64,000 nt of DNA from Candidatus Campbellbacteria bacterium RIFOXYC2_FULL_35_25. Lineage in GTDB: Bacteria; Patescibacteriota; Minisyncoccia; Phycocordibacterales; UBA12079. Each line of letters opens with the position of its first letter. Position 1 is the first letter of the stretch. Both the position numbers and the translations under genes were made by a program. Below, piece after piece: positions 18,757 to 27,998 of the stretch. Location: assembly GCA_001774495.1 (NCBI GenBank), contig MFAE01000005.1, positions 26,583-90,582 on the forward strand, read 5' to 3'. The notes beneath the pieces were generated by a model. It did no database searches and was not told where the DNA came from. It worked only from the letters and a program-made list of their open reading frames with translations.

Positions 18757-19842
18757 CTACTCATTATTAGGTTTATCAATCACCAATTCCTCAACCTCTG
18801 AAGATTCTCCTGTGATTCTCAAAACATCCTTGTCTATCTTTTTGAATTCTTTTCTAGAGGTGTTGTAATGATTAACCGTTGTGGCCAAAGAATTTCCTAG
18901 TTTTGCATGATAATTATCATAAGCTTTAATATGCCCCTGCAGTTTTTCAACGTTTTTTATAATTTCTTTGGCTGATTCTTCTATCTGAAAAGCCTTAAAT
19001 CCTTGCAAAATTGTACTTAAATAGGCCACAAAAGTAGTAGGCGACACTATTATCACCTTTCTATCTCTATAAGCATATTCAATCAAACTCTTTGTGTTTA
19101 CCTTTACTGAGCCAACCTCATTTACCAACAAATCATAATAAATCGCTTCGGCGGGAATATACATAATAGCAAAAGGAAGTGTCCCCTCTTTGGGTTTTAT
19201 ATACTTTGAAGTTTCGTCAATCCTCTTTTTTAAATCATTTTTAAAATCTTTCTCAAGCTCTATCTTTCTGTTTTCGTTTTCTTCATTTGTAATTCTATTA
19301 TAATTATCTAGAGAAAATTTTGCATCGACTGGAATTATTCCATCTTTAGTAAAAATTACTGCATCAACTATATCTCCATCTTTGAAACTATATTGCATTT
19401 GAAAAGCTGTCGGAGGCAAAATATTATTTAAAATCAATTCCAGACCAGATTCCCCCAGGTTCCCTCTTTGTTTTTGATTCTTCAAAACTTTTTCAAGATT
19501 TTGAAGTTGTTCTGTCATGCTAAAAACTTGTTTGTTGGTTTCTTTTATTTCAGTCATTTGCCCAATCATCTCTTTTATAAGTTTTTGAGACTCTTGGGAC
19601 TGGTTTCGGGAGGATTCGTTCATCATCTTTGAAGACTCCCCTATTTTCATGTCCAATGTTTTTGTTAAATCCCGATTAGTCCTCATCAATTCATTTAACT
19701 GATTTTGGATAAGTAAAAAACTATTATCGTCCTTTTTTTCTTCACCATTGTTTTGAGTTTTTAGTAATTTAAACAAAAAATAGGTCATTGTGCCCACAGC
19801 AATCACTAAAAAAACAATTAAAACGATCAAAAGATTTTCCAT
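18757..19842 (-). CDS. rmuC: DNA recombination protein RmuC
   Basis: N-terminal TM, long coiled coil, C-terminal RmuC nuclease-like domain (MYIPAEAIYYDLL). Confidence 0.8.
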   Translation of the reverse strand: MENLLIVLIVFLVIAVGTMTYFLFKLLKTQNNGEEKKDDNSFLLIQNQLNELMRTNRDLTKTLDMKIGESSKMMNESSRNQSQESQKLIKEMIGQMTEIKETNKQVFSMTEQLQNLEKVLKNQKQRGNLGESGLELILNNILPPTAFQMQYSFKDGDIVDAVIFTKDGIIPVDAKFSLDNYNRITNEENENRKIELEKDFKNDLKKRIDETSKYIKPKEGTLPFAIMYIPAEAIYYDLLVNEVGSVKVNTKSLIEYAYRDRKVIIVSPTTFVAYLSTILQGFKAFQIEESAKEIIKNVEKLQGHIKAYDNYHAKLGNSLATTVNHYNTSRKEFKKIDKDVLRITGESSEVEELVIDKPNNE

Positions 19843-19973
19843 TGATTAAATAATAACATTTTGTTTTTAATAAAACAAAAACACCTTAAGTATTGTTTTC
19901 TTTTTTAGTTTGTGTTACTGTCTGAGACAGAAAAGTTTCCTTCGCAACCTAACCCTTACTTGGGAGAAAGAAC

Positions 19974-20246
19974 ATGCCACAAGACACTCTTTGTTCCTTT
20001 GGTGACTTTCTGAGGGAACAGCTAAGCTTGATCACAGGGTTTTGTCTTAAAGATTTTGGAAGCCATACAATATCAACCGCAACTATTGATGGCGACATAG
20101 TGACCCTCTCTGTAAAAGGCGATACGAAAATTCTCGACCGGGTAATAATTTCTCTTAAAGAAATGACTTTCGTCGTAGCAAAAGGTGAGATGGTTTCTCA
20201 AAACCCCCTCCCGATAGGAGAAGGAAATTTCCAACTCAGGATTTAA
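19974..20246 (+). CDS. hypothetical protein
   Basis: 90-aa ORF; shared hairpin terminator 20268-20295 with ATPase gene. Confidence 0.4.
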   Translation: MPQDTLCSFGDFLREQLSLITGFCLKDFGSHTISTATIDGDIVTLSVKGDTKILDRVIISLKEMTFVVAKGEMVSQNPLPIGEGNFQLRI

Positions 20247-20320
20247 CCCCTGTTGTACAAGCAAAAAAAGGCACGTTGCAAGGCGTGCCTTTTCCTTATT
20301 TATTTTTATACCAGTCTCTG

Positions 20321-23053
20321 TTATTTTAATTCTTTTTCAAAAACGAAATATTTGGTAACCTCTATCAAAATCAGATTAAACACTCCAATCCCCAGCAAAA
20401 ACAATAGCTCTTTCCCGGAAAGGATCGTTAAAGAGAGCATGTTTCTTATTGGGTCAAAAAATAGTGCGGCGAGCAAGAACAAAATACTTATCACCCAAGA
20501 GATTAACAAAAACTTATTTGAAAGAAAATTTTCTTTCCACAAGGGTGTCCTTAGTGATTTAAATGAAAAGGCAAAGAAAATTGAATCTAGGGAAACAACA
20601 GCGAACATAATAGTTCTAACCTCTTCTATCCTCAAATCAAATTGCATAAGTACCCAATAAAGTCCAACTAAAAACAGACCTGTAACAATGGAAACTATTG
20701 CTATTAAACGTTTTAACTGAGAGGAAACAATATTTGTATTATCTGATGAACGAGGATTTCTTTTCATCAAGTCTTTTTCTCCTGGCTCAAAAACAAAAGC
20801 AAAATTCATTAAACCCTCTTCGATAATATTCGCCCAAAGAATTTGAGCCGGCAAAATAGGCAAAGGAAGTCCAATAATAAGAGAACCCCCAATCAAGAAC
20901 ACTTCACTGAAACTAGTCGATAACAGATAACCAACTATTTTTTTTAAATTATCAACGATCCTTCTCCCTTCCTCAATGGCAAATGTAATTACAGAAAAAT
21001 CTCCATCTAACAAAATAATATCTGAGGCTTCTTTAGAAACGTCTGTCCCATTACCCATAGCTATCCCGATATCAGCCCCTTGAAGAGCCGGGGCATCATT
21101 TACTCCGTCTCCTGTCATAGCCACCACCTCCCCATCTTTTTGGAAGATTCTTGATATCCTTAATTTTTGAGATGGTTCCATTCTAGCCAAGACTTTTGTA
21201 TGTTTTAAAGCCTCCAACAACTCTTCATCATTCATTTTATCTATTTCTACCCCTGTCAAAACGCGGTCTCCCTTCTTCATAATTCCAACTTCTTGAGCAA
21301 TTTTTCCAGCCGTATTAGGATTATCTCCTGTTATCATAATAACCCTCGCTCCGGCCTCTGTAGCTATCTTTATGGCATCCTTTGCATTAGCCCTAACAGG
21401 ATCACTGAAGCCAAAAAATCCCACAAAAACTAAATCTGTGACTATCTCCCCAGCGTTCTTTTCTTCTGCGGGGATTTTTTCCCAGTCAACGTCCTTGTAG
21501 ACCAAAGCAGTAAAGCGTATCCCCTCGCTACTTTTCTCAGCTTGAACTTTCTGAAACGACTCTAATAAAGCCCCTGTCATTTCTTCTTTCTTTCCATTTA
21601 TAAAAATAAATTTTGAATTTTCTAAAAGAAGTTCCGGTTTGCCACTCACAAATAATCTATTAATTTTATGACTTCCGTTTTTATTTAGAGAAGCACTAAA
21701 ACCATTTTTAGATTCAAATCCTAGCATATCAATCCTTTTGTGATCAATAGAGAAATCATTTTGGCTTACCCCGTATTCCAAACCAGCCATAACCATCGCT
21801 TTCTCTAACGGACGTCCCCTCACTATTAATTTACCAGGGGAGTTTTCGTCTTCTTCAACAAAAGCGTCTGAAGAAATGACTGCCATCTTTAATAAATCCC
21901 TATTATCTCCTTCGTCAATTTTCAGATTTTTATTATGCAAAGACTCTGCTGTAAAAATTTCTGCCAAGTGTAGCTTTGCTTCAGTTATTGTCCCTGTTTT
22001 ATCTGTTAAAATTATAGTAGTACTCCCTAATGTTTCTGCTGCTAATAAATTCCTAACTAAACCACCCTTTTTTAATATGGCAGACATTCCAACGGCCAAA
22101 ACAGAGGTAACAGCAACAGGAAGCCCTGAAGGCATAACAGCGACTGCAACAGCGATGGCAACTAAAATCATTTCAAGAAGAGGTTCCTCTCTTAAAAGAC
22201 CTAAGACTAAAATTATAAGTAAAGAAATTACAACAGCAATGCTTAAAAATTTTGATAATTTTTCTATACTCTCCTTTATAGGAGTCTTCTCTTCTTCTAT
22301 ATCACCTAAACTTTTGGCTATTTTTCCTATTTGAGTTCTATTTCCTGTTTCGACAACGATACCCTTACAGTAACCAGCGGCAATGAGAGTTCCCATCCAA
22401 ACCATATTAGTTCTTTCAATAATTGAAACCTCTTTTCCTAAAGTTTCAATACTTTTTGAAACGTTAGCCCATTCTCCTGTCAAAACAGATTCGTTAATGG
22501 AAATATTTTTTTCTTTAATTAATCTTATGTCCGCGGGAATATACATACCAGCATCAAGAATGACAATATCTCCTGGAACTAGTTCCTTGGCTAGAATTAA
22601 ACTTTTCTTTCCTTCTCTTACAACCGTTGCATATTTTTGCTGAGATTTATTTAATTCATCAAAAGCTTTTGAAGCTTTATTCTCTTGTAAAGTTCCTATG
22701 ATTGTATTAATAGCAAGGGCGATAAAAATAACAGTAGCATCAGCGAATTCATTTAAAAGTAAGGTTAATATCCCAGCTAACAATAATATAAAAACCAAAG
22801 GACTCTTAAATTGAGTCAAAATTTTCCCCCAAATTCCTAACCCATCCTTTTTTCCAAAAGAGTTTTCTCCGTGTTTTTCACGCAACTTTAACACTTCTGA
22901 GTTACTAAGCCCCTCCACCAGGTGGGTTTTCAATTTTTCCGCAATTTCCTCTGTATTTAATAGGTACCAATCTATTTTTTTAATCATAACCAATATTATA
23001 ACAGAAGAATATAAAAACATACAAAACGAAAGAACAAAGATACTAAAAAACAT
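20321..23053 (-). CDS. cation-transporting P-type ATPase (Ca2+/Mg2+ type IIA/IIB-like)
   Basis: 910 aa; DKTGTITE phosphorylation site, TGDN, GDGVNDAPAL, 10 TM. Confidence 0.9.
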   Translation of the reverse strand: MFFSIFVLSFCMFLYSSVIILVMIKKIDWYLLNTEEIAEKLKTHLVEGLSNSEVLKLREKHGENSFGKKDGLGIWGKILTQFKSPLVFILLLAGILTLLLNEFADATVIFIALAINTIIGTLQENKASKAFDELNKSQQKYATVVREGKKSLILAKELVPGDIVILDAGMYIPADIRLIKEKNISINESVLTGEWANVSKSIETLGKEVSIIERTNMVWMGTLIAAGYCKGIVVETGNRTQIGKIAKSLGDIEEEKTPIKESIEKLSKFLSIAVVISLLIILVLGLLREEPLLEMILVAIAVAVAVMPSGLPVAVTSVLAVGMSAILKKGGLVRNLLAAETLGSTTIILTDKTGTITEAKLHLAEIFTAESLHNKNLKIDEGDNRDLLKMAVISSDAFVEEDENSPGKLIVRGRPLEKAMVMAGLEYGVSQNDFSIDHKRIDMLGFESKNGFSASLNKNGSHKINRLFVSGKPELLLENSKFIFINGKKEEMTGALLESFQKVQAEKSSEGIRFTALVYKDVDWEKIPAEEKNAGEIVTDLVFVGFFGFSDPVRANAKDAIKIATEAGARVIMITGDNPNTAGKIAQEVGIMKKGDRVLTGVEIDKMNDEELLEALKHTKVLARMEPSQKLRISRIFQKDGEVVAMTGDGVNDAPALQGADIGIAMGNGTDVSKEASDIILLDGDFSVITFAIEEGRRIVDNLKKIVGYLLSTSFSEVFLIGGSLIIGLPLPILPAQILWANIIEEGLMNFAFVFEPGEKDLMKRNPRSSDNTNIVSSQLKRLIAIVSIVTGLFLVGLYWVLMQFDLRIEEVRTIMFAVVSLDSIFFAFSFKSLRTPLWKENFLSNKFLLISWVISILFLLAALFFDPIRNMLSLTILSGKELLFLLGIGVFNLILIEVTKYFVFEKELK

Positions 23054-23364
23054 AAAAAAGTTTTCAACATTTTTAACTTATCAAAAAATAGTGTAGTATT
23101 CGCTGATGTTCCCAGAAAATAAAAACCGTAATATAAAAAATGAATATGATATCCTCTTAATTTTTATGTTAATGGGAACAGTAATCACCGGTGTTTTTTT
23201 ATTTAAAGTGTCATCTTTTGTTGCGGTAAAAAGCTTTGATTTATTGATGTTAGCAACGGTCAGTAGTTTTTAATTTTTTTATAGAGTAAAATATAAATAT
23301 CTTTTAAAAAAATATTTTATAAATTAATTCTATAAACTATCAACTATAGACTACAAACTTAAAT

Positions 23365-23817
23365 ATGTTACAACAACAAATCAGAGAACAATTAACAGAA
23401 TCAATGAAAGCTCGAAACGAAGTGAGGACATTGGTCTTAAAAAGTCTTTTATCTGCTTTCACAAACGAATTAGTGGCTCAAAGAAAAAAACCCTCCGAGG
23501 CATTGTCTGATGGAGATGTTCTTAATGTTATTAAAAAAGCCGTTAAACAAAGAAAAGATTCAGTTGAACAGTTCTCGAAAGGAGGCCGAGAAGATTTGGT
23601 GCAGAAAGAACAAGCTGAATTAGAAATTTTAAGCGCCTACGTTCCAGAAACAATGAACAAAGAAGAAATTTTGAAAATTGCTCAAGCAAAAAAGGACCAG
23701 CTTGGAATTGAAGATAAATCAAAAATGGGAATATTAATGGGAGCGTTGATGAAAGAATTGGGGGGAAAGGCTGATGGCGGGGATGTAAAAGAGGTTGTTG
23801 ATGGATTGTTTGAATAA
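23365..23817 (+). CDS. GatB/YqeY domain protein
   Basis: 150 aa, YqeY-family N- and C-terminal helices; G-less CTATAAACTATCAACTATAGACTA leader. Confidence 0.85.
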   Translation: MLQQQIREQLTESMKARNEVRTLVLKSLLSAFTNELVAQRKKPSEALSDGDVLNVIKKAVKQRKDSVEQFSKGGREDLVQKEQAELEILSAYVPETMNKEEILKIAQAKKDQLGIEDKSKMGILMGALMKELGGKADGGDVKEVVDGLFE

Positions 23818-24005
23818 GGAAAACTTAAGAAAAATTTAGGTCAATAAGGTCTCGAATTTTTAATTTATAATTTATAATTTTTAAAAACAATACGAATAAA
23901 ACTGATAAATAGAGTTTTGTATAAATAATGAGAAAATATAAAATTGCCAGCGAGATGCTGACAATTTTTGGTTCAAATCTTTAACAAGAAGTTGCTTCGA
24001 AAAAA

Positions 24006-24251
24006 TTACTTTCTTCCTAACCGTTCAGAAAGATCTCTCCAATAGTTATTTTTTTCCAAGGAAGATTTCCAACTAAATAACTGAACTAAAATGAAACTAG
24101 GGTGAACTCTCATTTCTAATAATTCACCAAGAGAGTGTTCATTAAAACCCGCCTCCTTATTCTTTCTTATCCGCTCCAATTTTTCTCCAGAACCAGGAAC
24201 AGCATTTTTGCATTGAGAGACGAAATCACTCCATTTTTTCTCAGTATCCAT
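24006..24251 (-). CDS. hypothetical protein
   Basis: 81-aa ORF. Confidence 0.35.
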   Translation of the reverse strand: MDTEKKWSDFVSQCKNAVPGSGEKLERIRKNKEAGFNEHSLGELLEMRVHPSFILVQLFSWKSSLEKNNYWRDLSERLGRK

Positions 24252-24355
24252 AATCTTTGCCCTCTTTAGATTTTAGTTTCAAGTAGCAAACAAAGGTTAA
24301 CAAATCTCAGTTTAATATACATAAATATTAAAGAAAAATCAATAAAAATGATTAA

Positions 24356-24384
24356 ACCGCGCCTTTTGAGGGGCGCGGTTTTTG
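24356..24384. terminator. hairpin accgcgcc ttttgagg ggcgcggt + T-run
   Basis: immediately downstream of 24409..24648 on minus strand. Confidence 0.6.
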
Positions 24385-24408
24385 CCACTGATGGTAGCGG
24401 CGAAACTG

Positions 24409-24648
24409 TTATTGGGAATGTCCCCTTCGTCCGATACTCCTGAAAAAAGAAAACGCCTGAGCGAGGATTCCTGGCCGATGAATAATAGTCTCGGTGACAA
24501 CCTGAGTGGCCCGAGGAACCACAGTACGATGAACTTGCCGTCGTGACGGCCGATGTTTTCTCCGAGATGATTTTTGGGGGATTCCCCACGAAGGAAATCT
24601 CCGTCCATTTCTCTGCTCAGAACTCATTGTTTTCCGACTCGCAACCAT
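24409..24648 (-). CDS. hypothetical very basic (Arg/Lys/His-rich) 79-aa protein, GC ~53%, cargo of tRNA-Phe-associated island
   Basis: strong SD cGGAGGaatatcATG; three overlapping minus-frame ORFs typical of high GC; terminator 24356-24384. Confidence 0.4.
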   Translation of the reverse strand: MVASRKTMSSEQRNGRRFPSWGIPQKSSRRKHRPSRRQVHRTVVPRATQVVTETIIHRPGILAQAFSFFRSIGRRGHSQ

Positions 24649-24749
24649 GATATTCCTCCGTGTCTGAATGGATAAAATGATACTTCCTGCGATATTTATA
24701 CACTATTAGTGGTTATTTGTCAAGGAGTTTTAAATGGCTCTTTTATACG

Positions 24750-24930
24750 GGCTCGTCTCGCGGTTACTAATTTAAAACGGGCTTCGGTCACAAATCACTA
24801 AGTATATTTTTCGCGCTTCGCAACTGCTTAGGGGCGGGTCGTCCCGCGATTACTAAGTCTTTTATTTATTCAAGACTAGTAAAAAGGACTCGGTCACGAA
24901 TCACTAACTTTTTTATTCGTCCTCCGGACT
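24750..24930. repeat. cluster of short direct repeats (T/C)ACTAA units: CGCGGTTACTAA, GGTCACAAATCACTAAG, CCCGCGATTACTAAGTC, CGGTCACGAATCACTAAC; shared with tRNA-Gly and tRNA-Glu loci
   Basis: 24891-24927 ~85% identical to 26425-26460; 24841-24863 matches 6339-6360 inverted. Confidence 0.7.
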
Positions 24931-25040
24931 CCAAAAAACTAAGTGTTCGCGACCCCGCCTCACTCGTCGTGCTCGCTATCGCTCCGCGCGACATCGTTCC
25001 GGCTTCCGAGCCCGCACACAAAGTCCTCAAGGACTTTGCT

Positions 25041-25104
25041 CCCTCGACACAGCAAAAGAAAAAAGACGAATAAATTCGTCTTTTTTCTTTTGCTGTGTCG
25101 AGGG
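25041..25104. repeat. 64-bp perfect palindrome (30-bp arms, loop taaa) whose right arm continues into the partial tRNA-Phe 3' copy
   Basis: ccctcgacacagcaaaagaaaaaagacgaa taaa ttcgtcttttttcttttgctgtgtcgaggg. Confidence 0.85.
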
Positions 25105-25148
25105 GCGGGCTCGGACCGCCGACCCTTCGCTCTTCAGGCGAATGCTCT
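25095..25148 (-). pseudogene. partial tRNA-Phe copy (3' 54 nt: acceptor 3' strand, T arm, anticodon arm, D-stem 3' strand), att-like direct repeat of intact gene
   Basis: 54/54 identity with 25289-25342 then divergence. Confidence 0.8.
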
Positions 25149-25290
25149 CCCTCCTATTGCCTGCTCGCCCTTCGGGACTCGCTTCGGCAATTTTTTGCTT
25201 CGCAAAAACCAGATAAAAAGCTTAAACGCTTTTTATCCAACTGAGCAACGCTCAGTTGCTAGAGCATTAATAAATTTAGTTTATACAGTG

Positions 25291-25363
25291 TGTCGAGGGG
25301 CGGGCTCGGACCGCCGACCCTTCGCTCTTCAGGCGAATGCTCTACCAACTGAGCTACCTCGAC
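25291..25363 (-). tRNA. tRNA-Phe (anticodon GAA)
   Basis: GTCGAGG/CCTCGAC acceptor, D arm TAGCTCAGTTGGTAGAGC, anticodon stem TTCGC/GCGAA loop CTGAAGA, T stem GGCGG/CCGCC with unusual T-loop TCCGAGC. Confidence 0.85.
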
Positions 25364-25494
25364 ATATATTTTATATTTTATGAGAAAACTACCTTTAACA
25401 TCAATTCATTATTAAAGATGCCCCATATTAACATTTTATAAGAAATTACGCATCAAAAAGGACATTTTATAATCTTAAAACTACTAAGAAAAAA

Positions 25495-25794
25495 CTATCG
25501 AGGCAATTCGCCAGTTTTATCCAATAAGCTTGGGAGAATACCGGTCACCTTTTTTATATTTTCAACTAATGCACCAATCCCCTTCCCAACACTACCATAC
25601 CCCTGAGAAAAACCTTCTATTATTGGTTGAACATAGTAATAAGCGCCTAGAGCTAAGCCAATTATAATTAACCAATAAATAAATTTAGTAATTCTCTTCC
25701 ACTTTACGTCTGACCAAATCTTTGAGAGAATTTCATTGTTCTCCTTAGAGACTTCTAAATTTTCTTCTAGTAACTCTTTCAATTCCTCATCCAT
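25495..25794 (-). CDS. hypothetical membrane protein
   Basis: 99 aa, acidic N-terminus, one TM. Confidence 0.45.
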   Translation of the reverse strand: MDEELKELLEENLEVSKENNEILSKIWSDVKWKRITKFIYWLIIIGLALGAYYYVQPIIEGFSQGYGSVGKGIGALVENIKKVTGILPSLLDKTGELPR

Positions 25795-25935
25795 AAGAAA
25801 AATTATAGCAAAAATATCAACAAAGTAAATATAATTAATTGAATTTAAGTCCTAATAATGATATCTTTAAATTTGTTGCCATTACAAAATGTCTGCCTAG
25901 GCAGATTAAGTAGGCTTTAAATTTTTTATATTTGT

Positions 25936-26007
25936 GCCCCCGTAGTTCAATGGATAGAACAGTCCCGTCCTAAGGGATAGATGTGGGTTCGATTCTTGCC
26001 GGGGGCA
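25936..26007 (+). tRNA. tRNA-Arg (anticodon CCU)
   Basis: GCCCCCG/CGGGGGC acceptor, D arm TAGTTCAATGGATAGAAC, anticodon stem GTCCC/GGGAT loop GTCCTAA, T-loop TTCGATT (T stem has 3 G-U pairs); hairpin terminator 26035-26053. Confidence 0.7.
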
Positions 26008-26091
26008 CATGTATAAGAAATTTAAAAAACAAAAAAATCCCCTCTAGGGATTTTTTTGTTTTACTATAATCTATAAACTATCTACTACCAA

Positions 26092-26325
26092 CTATTTCAA
26101 CAATTCTTCAATTCCATTTTTATCAAAACCAAAAACAACTGTTCCATCAATAACAATAACAGGAACTCCCATTTGCCCATCTGTTAGTTTTAACAATTCT
26201 TCTCTCTTTTCTTCACTTCCTGATACATCAATTTCTTCAAACTCAACTCCTTTTTCTCTAAAAAAATCTTTGGCCATTAAACAATAAGTACAAGTTGGTG
26301 TTGAATAAATAATTACTTTTTTCAT
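26092..26325 (-). CDS. glutaredoxin-like protein (CxxC thioredoxin fold)
   Basis: 77 aa, MKKVIIYSTPTCTYCLMAK..., cis-Pro VPVIVIDG. Confidence 0.85.
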   Translation of the reverse strand: MKKVIIYSTPTCTYCLMAKDFFREKGVEFEEIDVSGSEEKREELLKLTDGQMGVPVIVIDGTVVFGFDKNGIEELLK

Positions 26326-26404
26326 AATAAATTAAAGATTAAATTTAATAACGAATTTTATTATAACATAATAAATGGGAACGCAAAATTTTCTTGTATC
26401 TTAT

Positions 26405-26631
26405 TCATGGGTAGGGAGGAGAATCGGTCACGAATCACTAAGCCTTTTGTTCGTCCTCCGCTCGATCATTAGTTTATTGTAGGGAGAATCGCCTTCCAGT
26501 TCTAAGTTCAGCCTTCGCCCTTCGGGACTCGTCTTCACTAAGAACTCGCAGGCCCGTCGCTCGTATTTTTCTTTCGCTTCACTACAGAAAAATATACTTC
26601 GCTCTTTCCGATTCTCCCTACCCGCTACAAA
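26405..26631. repeat. tRNA-Gly-associated mosaic: two direct partial copies of the tRNA-Gly 3' end (26409-26427, 26478-26493), one inverted copy (26607-26625), CGGTCACGAATCACTAAG module (26425-26460) and TCGCCCTTCGGGACTCG module (26515-26531, also at 25165-25181)
   Basis: direct sequence comparison with tRNA-Gly 26675-26745 and tRNA-Phe locus. Confidence 0.75.
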
Positions 26632-26674
26632 AATAAACAAAAACAGAGCTATTCGCTCTGATTTTGTATTTTTG

Positions 26675-26745
26675 TGCGGGTAGGGAGAATCGGACTCCCG
26701 TCTCATCCTTGGGAAGGACGTGTCATACCACTAAACTATACCCGC
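26675..26745 (-). tRNA. tRNA-Gly (anticodon CCC)
   Basis: GCGGGTA/TACCCGC acceptor, anticodon stem CGTCC/GGATG loop TTCCCAA, T stem GGGAG/CTCCC with T-loop TCCGATT. Confidence 0.8.
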
Positions 26746-26809
26746 ATAGATGAATTTTTAATTTCAAATTTCAATTCATTACTACAAACTACTCACTACT
26801 CACTACCAA

Positions 26810-27187
26810 CTAATCAAACCATCCTAAAAACTTGCTCCAAATTCCATCACCTTTACCATCATCTTCTTTTTGCTTGGTGTCTTTGGGATCAATTATCAAA
26901 ACCATTTTTTCTCCACTTTTTGCCACACCAAATTTGCTTCTTATCTCTCCCTCCTCTCCTTCTTTCGTTTTCAAAATTTCAATTTCAGACGATAGATTCT
27001 CTCCTCTTTCTTTTAACTCTTCTAATTCCCGTTGAGCAAGCTCTTTATTAATTCTTGTAATTTTTGATTCCCTGTAAGCGGTCCAAACTCCTTTTAAAAT
27101 AAAAAGGGTCACCAAGGCAAGCAAAAAAATAGTAACCTTTGAATAAATAATTCTTCTGACTACTTGTTTTTCTTCAAAATCAAACAT
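26810..27187 (-). CDS. FtsB/DivIC-like septum formation initiator
   Basis: 125 aa, N-terminal TM, coiled coil, IRSKFGVAKSGEKMVLI matching FtsB C-terminal motif. Confidence 0.6.
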   Translation of the reverse strand: MFDFEEKQVVRRIIYSKVTIFLLALVTLFILKGVWTAYRESKITRINKELAQRELEELKERGENLSSEIEILKTKEGEEGEIRSKFGVAKSGEKMVLIIDPKDTKQKEDDGKGDGIWSKFLGWFD

Positions 27188-27519
27188 TGGAGTAATTATA
27201 AAATTAATATTTCCTAAAGTCTATAAAACATTAGAAATAACTTTTGACTTTATAAGCTTTTAACATTAAACTGTGTGTATGTTATTTAATCCAAAACATA
27301 AAAAGAAAATTAAAGTATTTTGGGGAGTTATGGGGGCTCTACTTATCGTAAGTATGATACTTCTTTACATGCCTATTCTTTTTTAATTCTTTAGAAGTCA
27401 AAAAGACAAAAATGGTCGTTTCTAAGGATTCGGCTTTTTTTATTGCATATCCTTTGGTTTATATGTAAGATACTAAATAGATTTGTTCTAGTAAAAACAC
27501 TCACATATGGAGGCGAAAG

Positions 27520-27963
27520 ATGAGCACAATAAAGATTTTTTTTAACCAAGACTGTTTTCCTGCGGAACTCTGTCAACAAACCAGCGAGGTCAAGCAATTG
27601 CTCTCCAAAGCGGAAGGACTCTTGAGGGAGATCCAAATCAAAACCAACAAAATTCAGGAGGAATGCACTCACGAGCCAGGCAATTTCAAAAAAATCTGTG
27701 TTGATTCCAGCGACAACCTGGAAATCATGGAAGATCTTTTTTTAAGAAAAAATGGTTGGGTCTGGGTTGGAACCCAGTGCCCGAAATGCAAAAAAATCTC
27801 CTCGAGACCATCTTATGACCCCAAGGTTGAGTGTGAAAAATGTGGCGGAAAAATGAAGGATCGATGCCTTGGTTTGCGGGCAAACGTCCTAGCTCATGTC
27901 TTCCAGTGCGAAGTCTGCGACCATGAATTCGTCGAGGATTTAATGAAAAAGAGACTTCTTTAA
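27520..27963 (+). CDS. hypothetical Cys-rich protein with two zinc-ribbon knuckle pairs (CPKC...CEKC; C...CEVC)
   Basis: 147 aa, SD GGAGGCGAAAGATG, elevated GC; operon with next ORF. Confidence 0.5.
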   Translation: MSTIKIFFNQDCFPAELCQQTSEVKQLLSKAEGLLREIQIKTNKIQEECTHEPGNFKKICVDSSDNLEIMEDLFLRKNGWVWVGTQCPKCKKISSRPSYDPKVECEKCGGKMKDRCLGLRANVLAHVFQCEVCDHEFVEDLMKKRLL

Positions 27964-27998
27964 CCGACAGGACTCATCCAAAAAAGGAGGCTAATAAG

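Noticed and set aside
18757-19842. rmuC plus small membrane proteins as a defence island
   Set aside because: RmuC is a widespread housekeeping recombination protein. No partner nuclease, methylase or ATPase genes are nearby, and the composition is native AT-rich.
21876-22643. ORFs 21876..22334 and 22383..22643 inside the P-type ATPase gene, plus similar internal ORFs in leuS (29489..30054, 30352..30783), lepA (49985..51541), ftsI (53106..53345), rnr and the surface protein (60787..61455)
   Set aside because: These are shadow ORFs on the opposite strand or in alternative frames of well-supported genes.
24385-24660. GC-rich segment as a structured ncRNA (RNase P RNA, tmRNA or SRP RNA)
   Set aside because: None of the conserved motifs are present. 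The P4 GGAAAGUCCGGGCUCC is absent, the tmRNA 5' GGGG...3' T-arm/CCA is absent, and the SRP GGAAGCAGCC is absent. The minus strand instead carries a clean SD (GGAGG-6nt-ATG) and an ORF ending at a terminator, so coding is the better explanation. The three overlapping ORFs are a side effect of high GC.
24266-26760. Intact prophage or integrative element at the tRNA loci
   Set aside because: There is no integrase, recombinase, excisionase, or replication or structural gene anywhere in the window. Only att-like partial tRNA copies and repeats remain, so these are reported as scars or remnants rather than as a mobile element.
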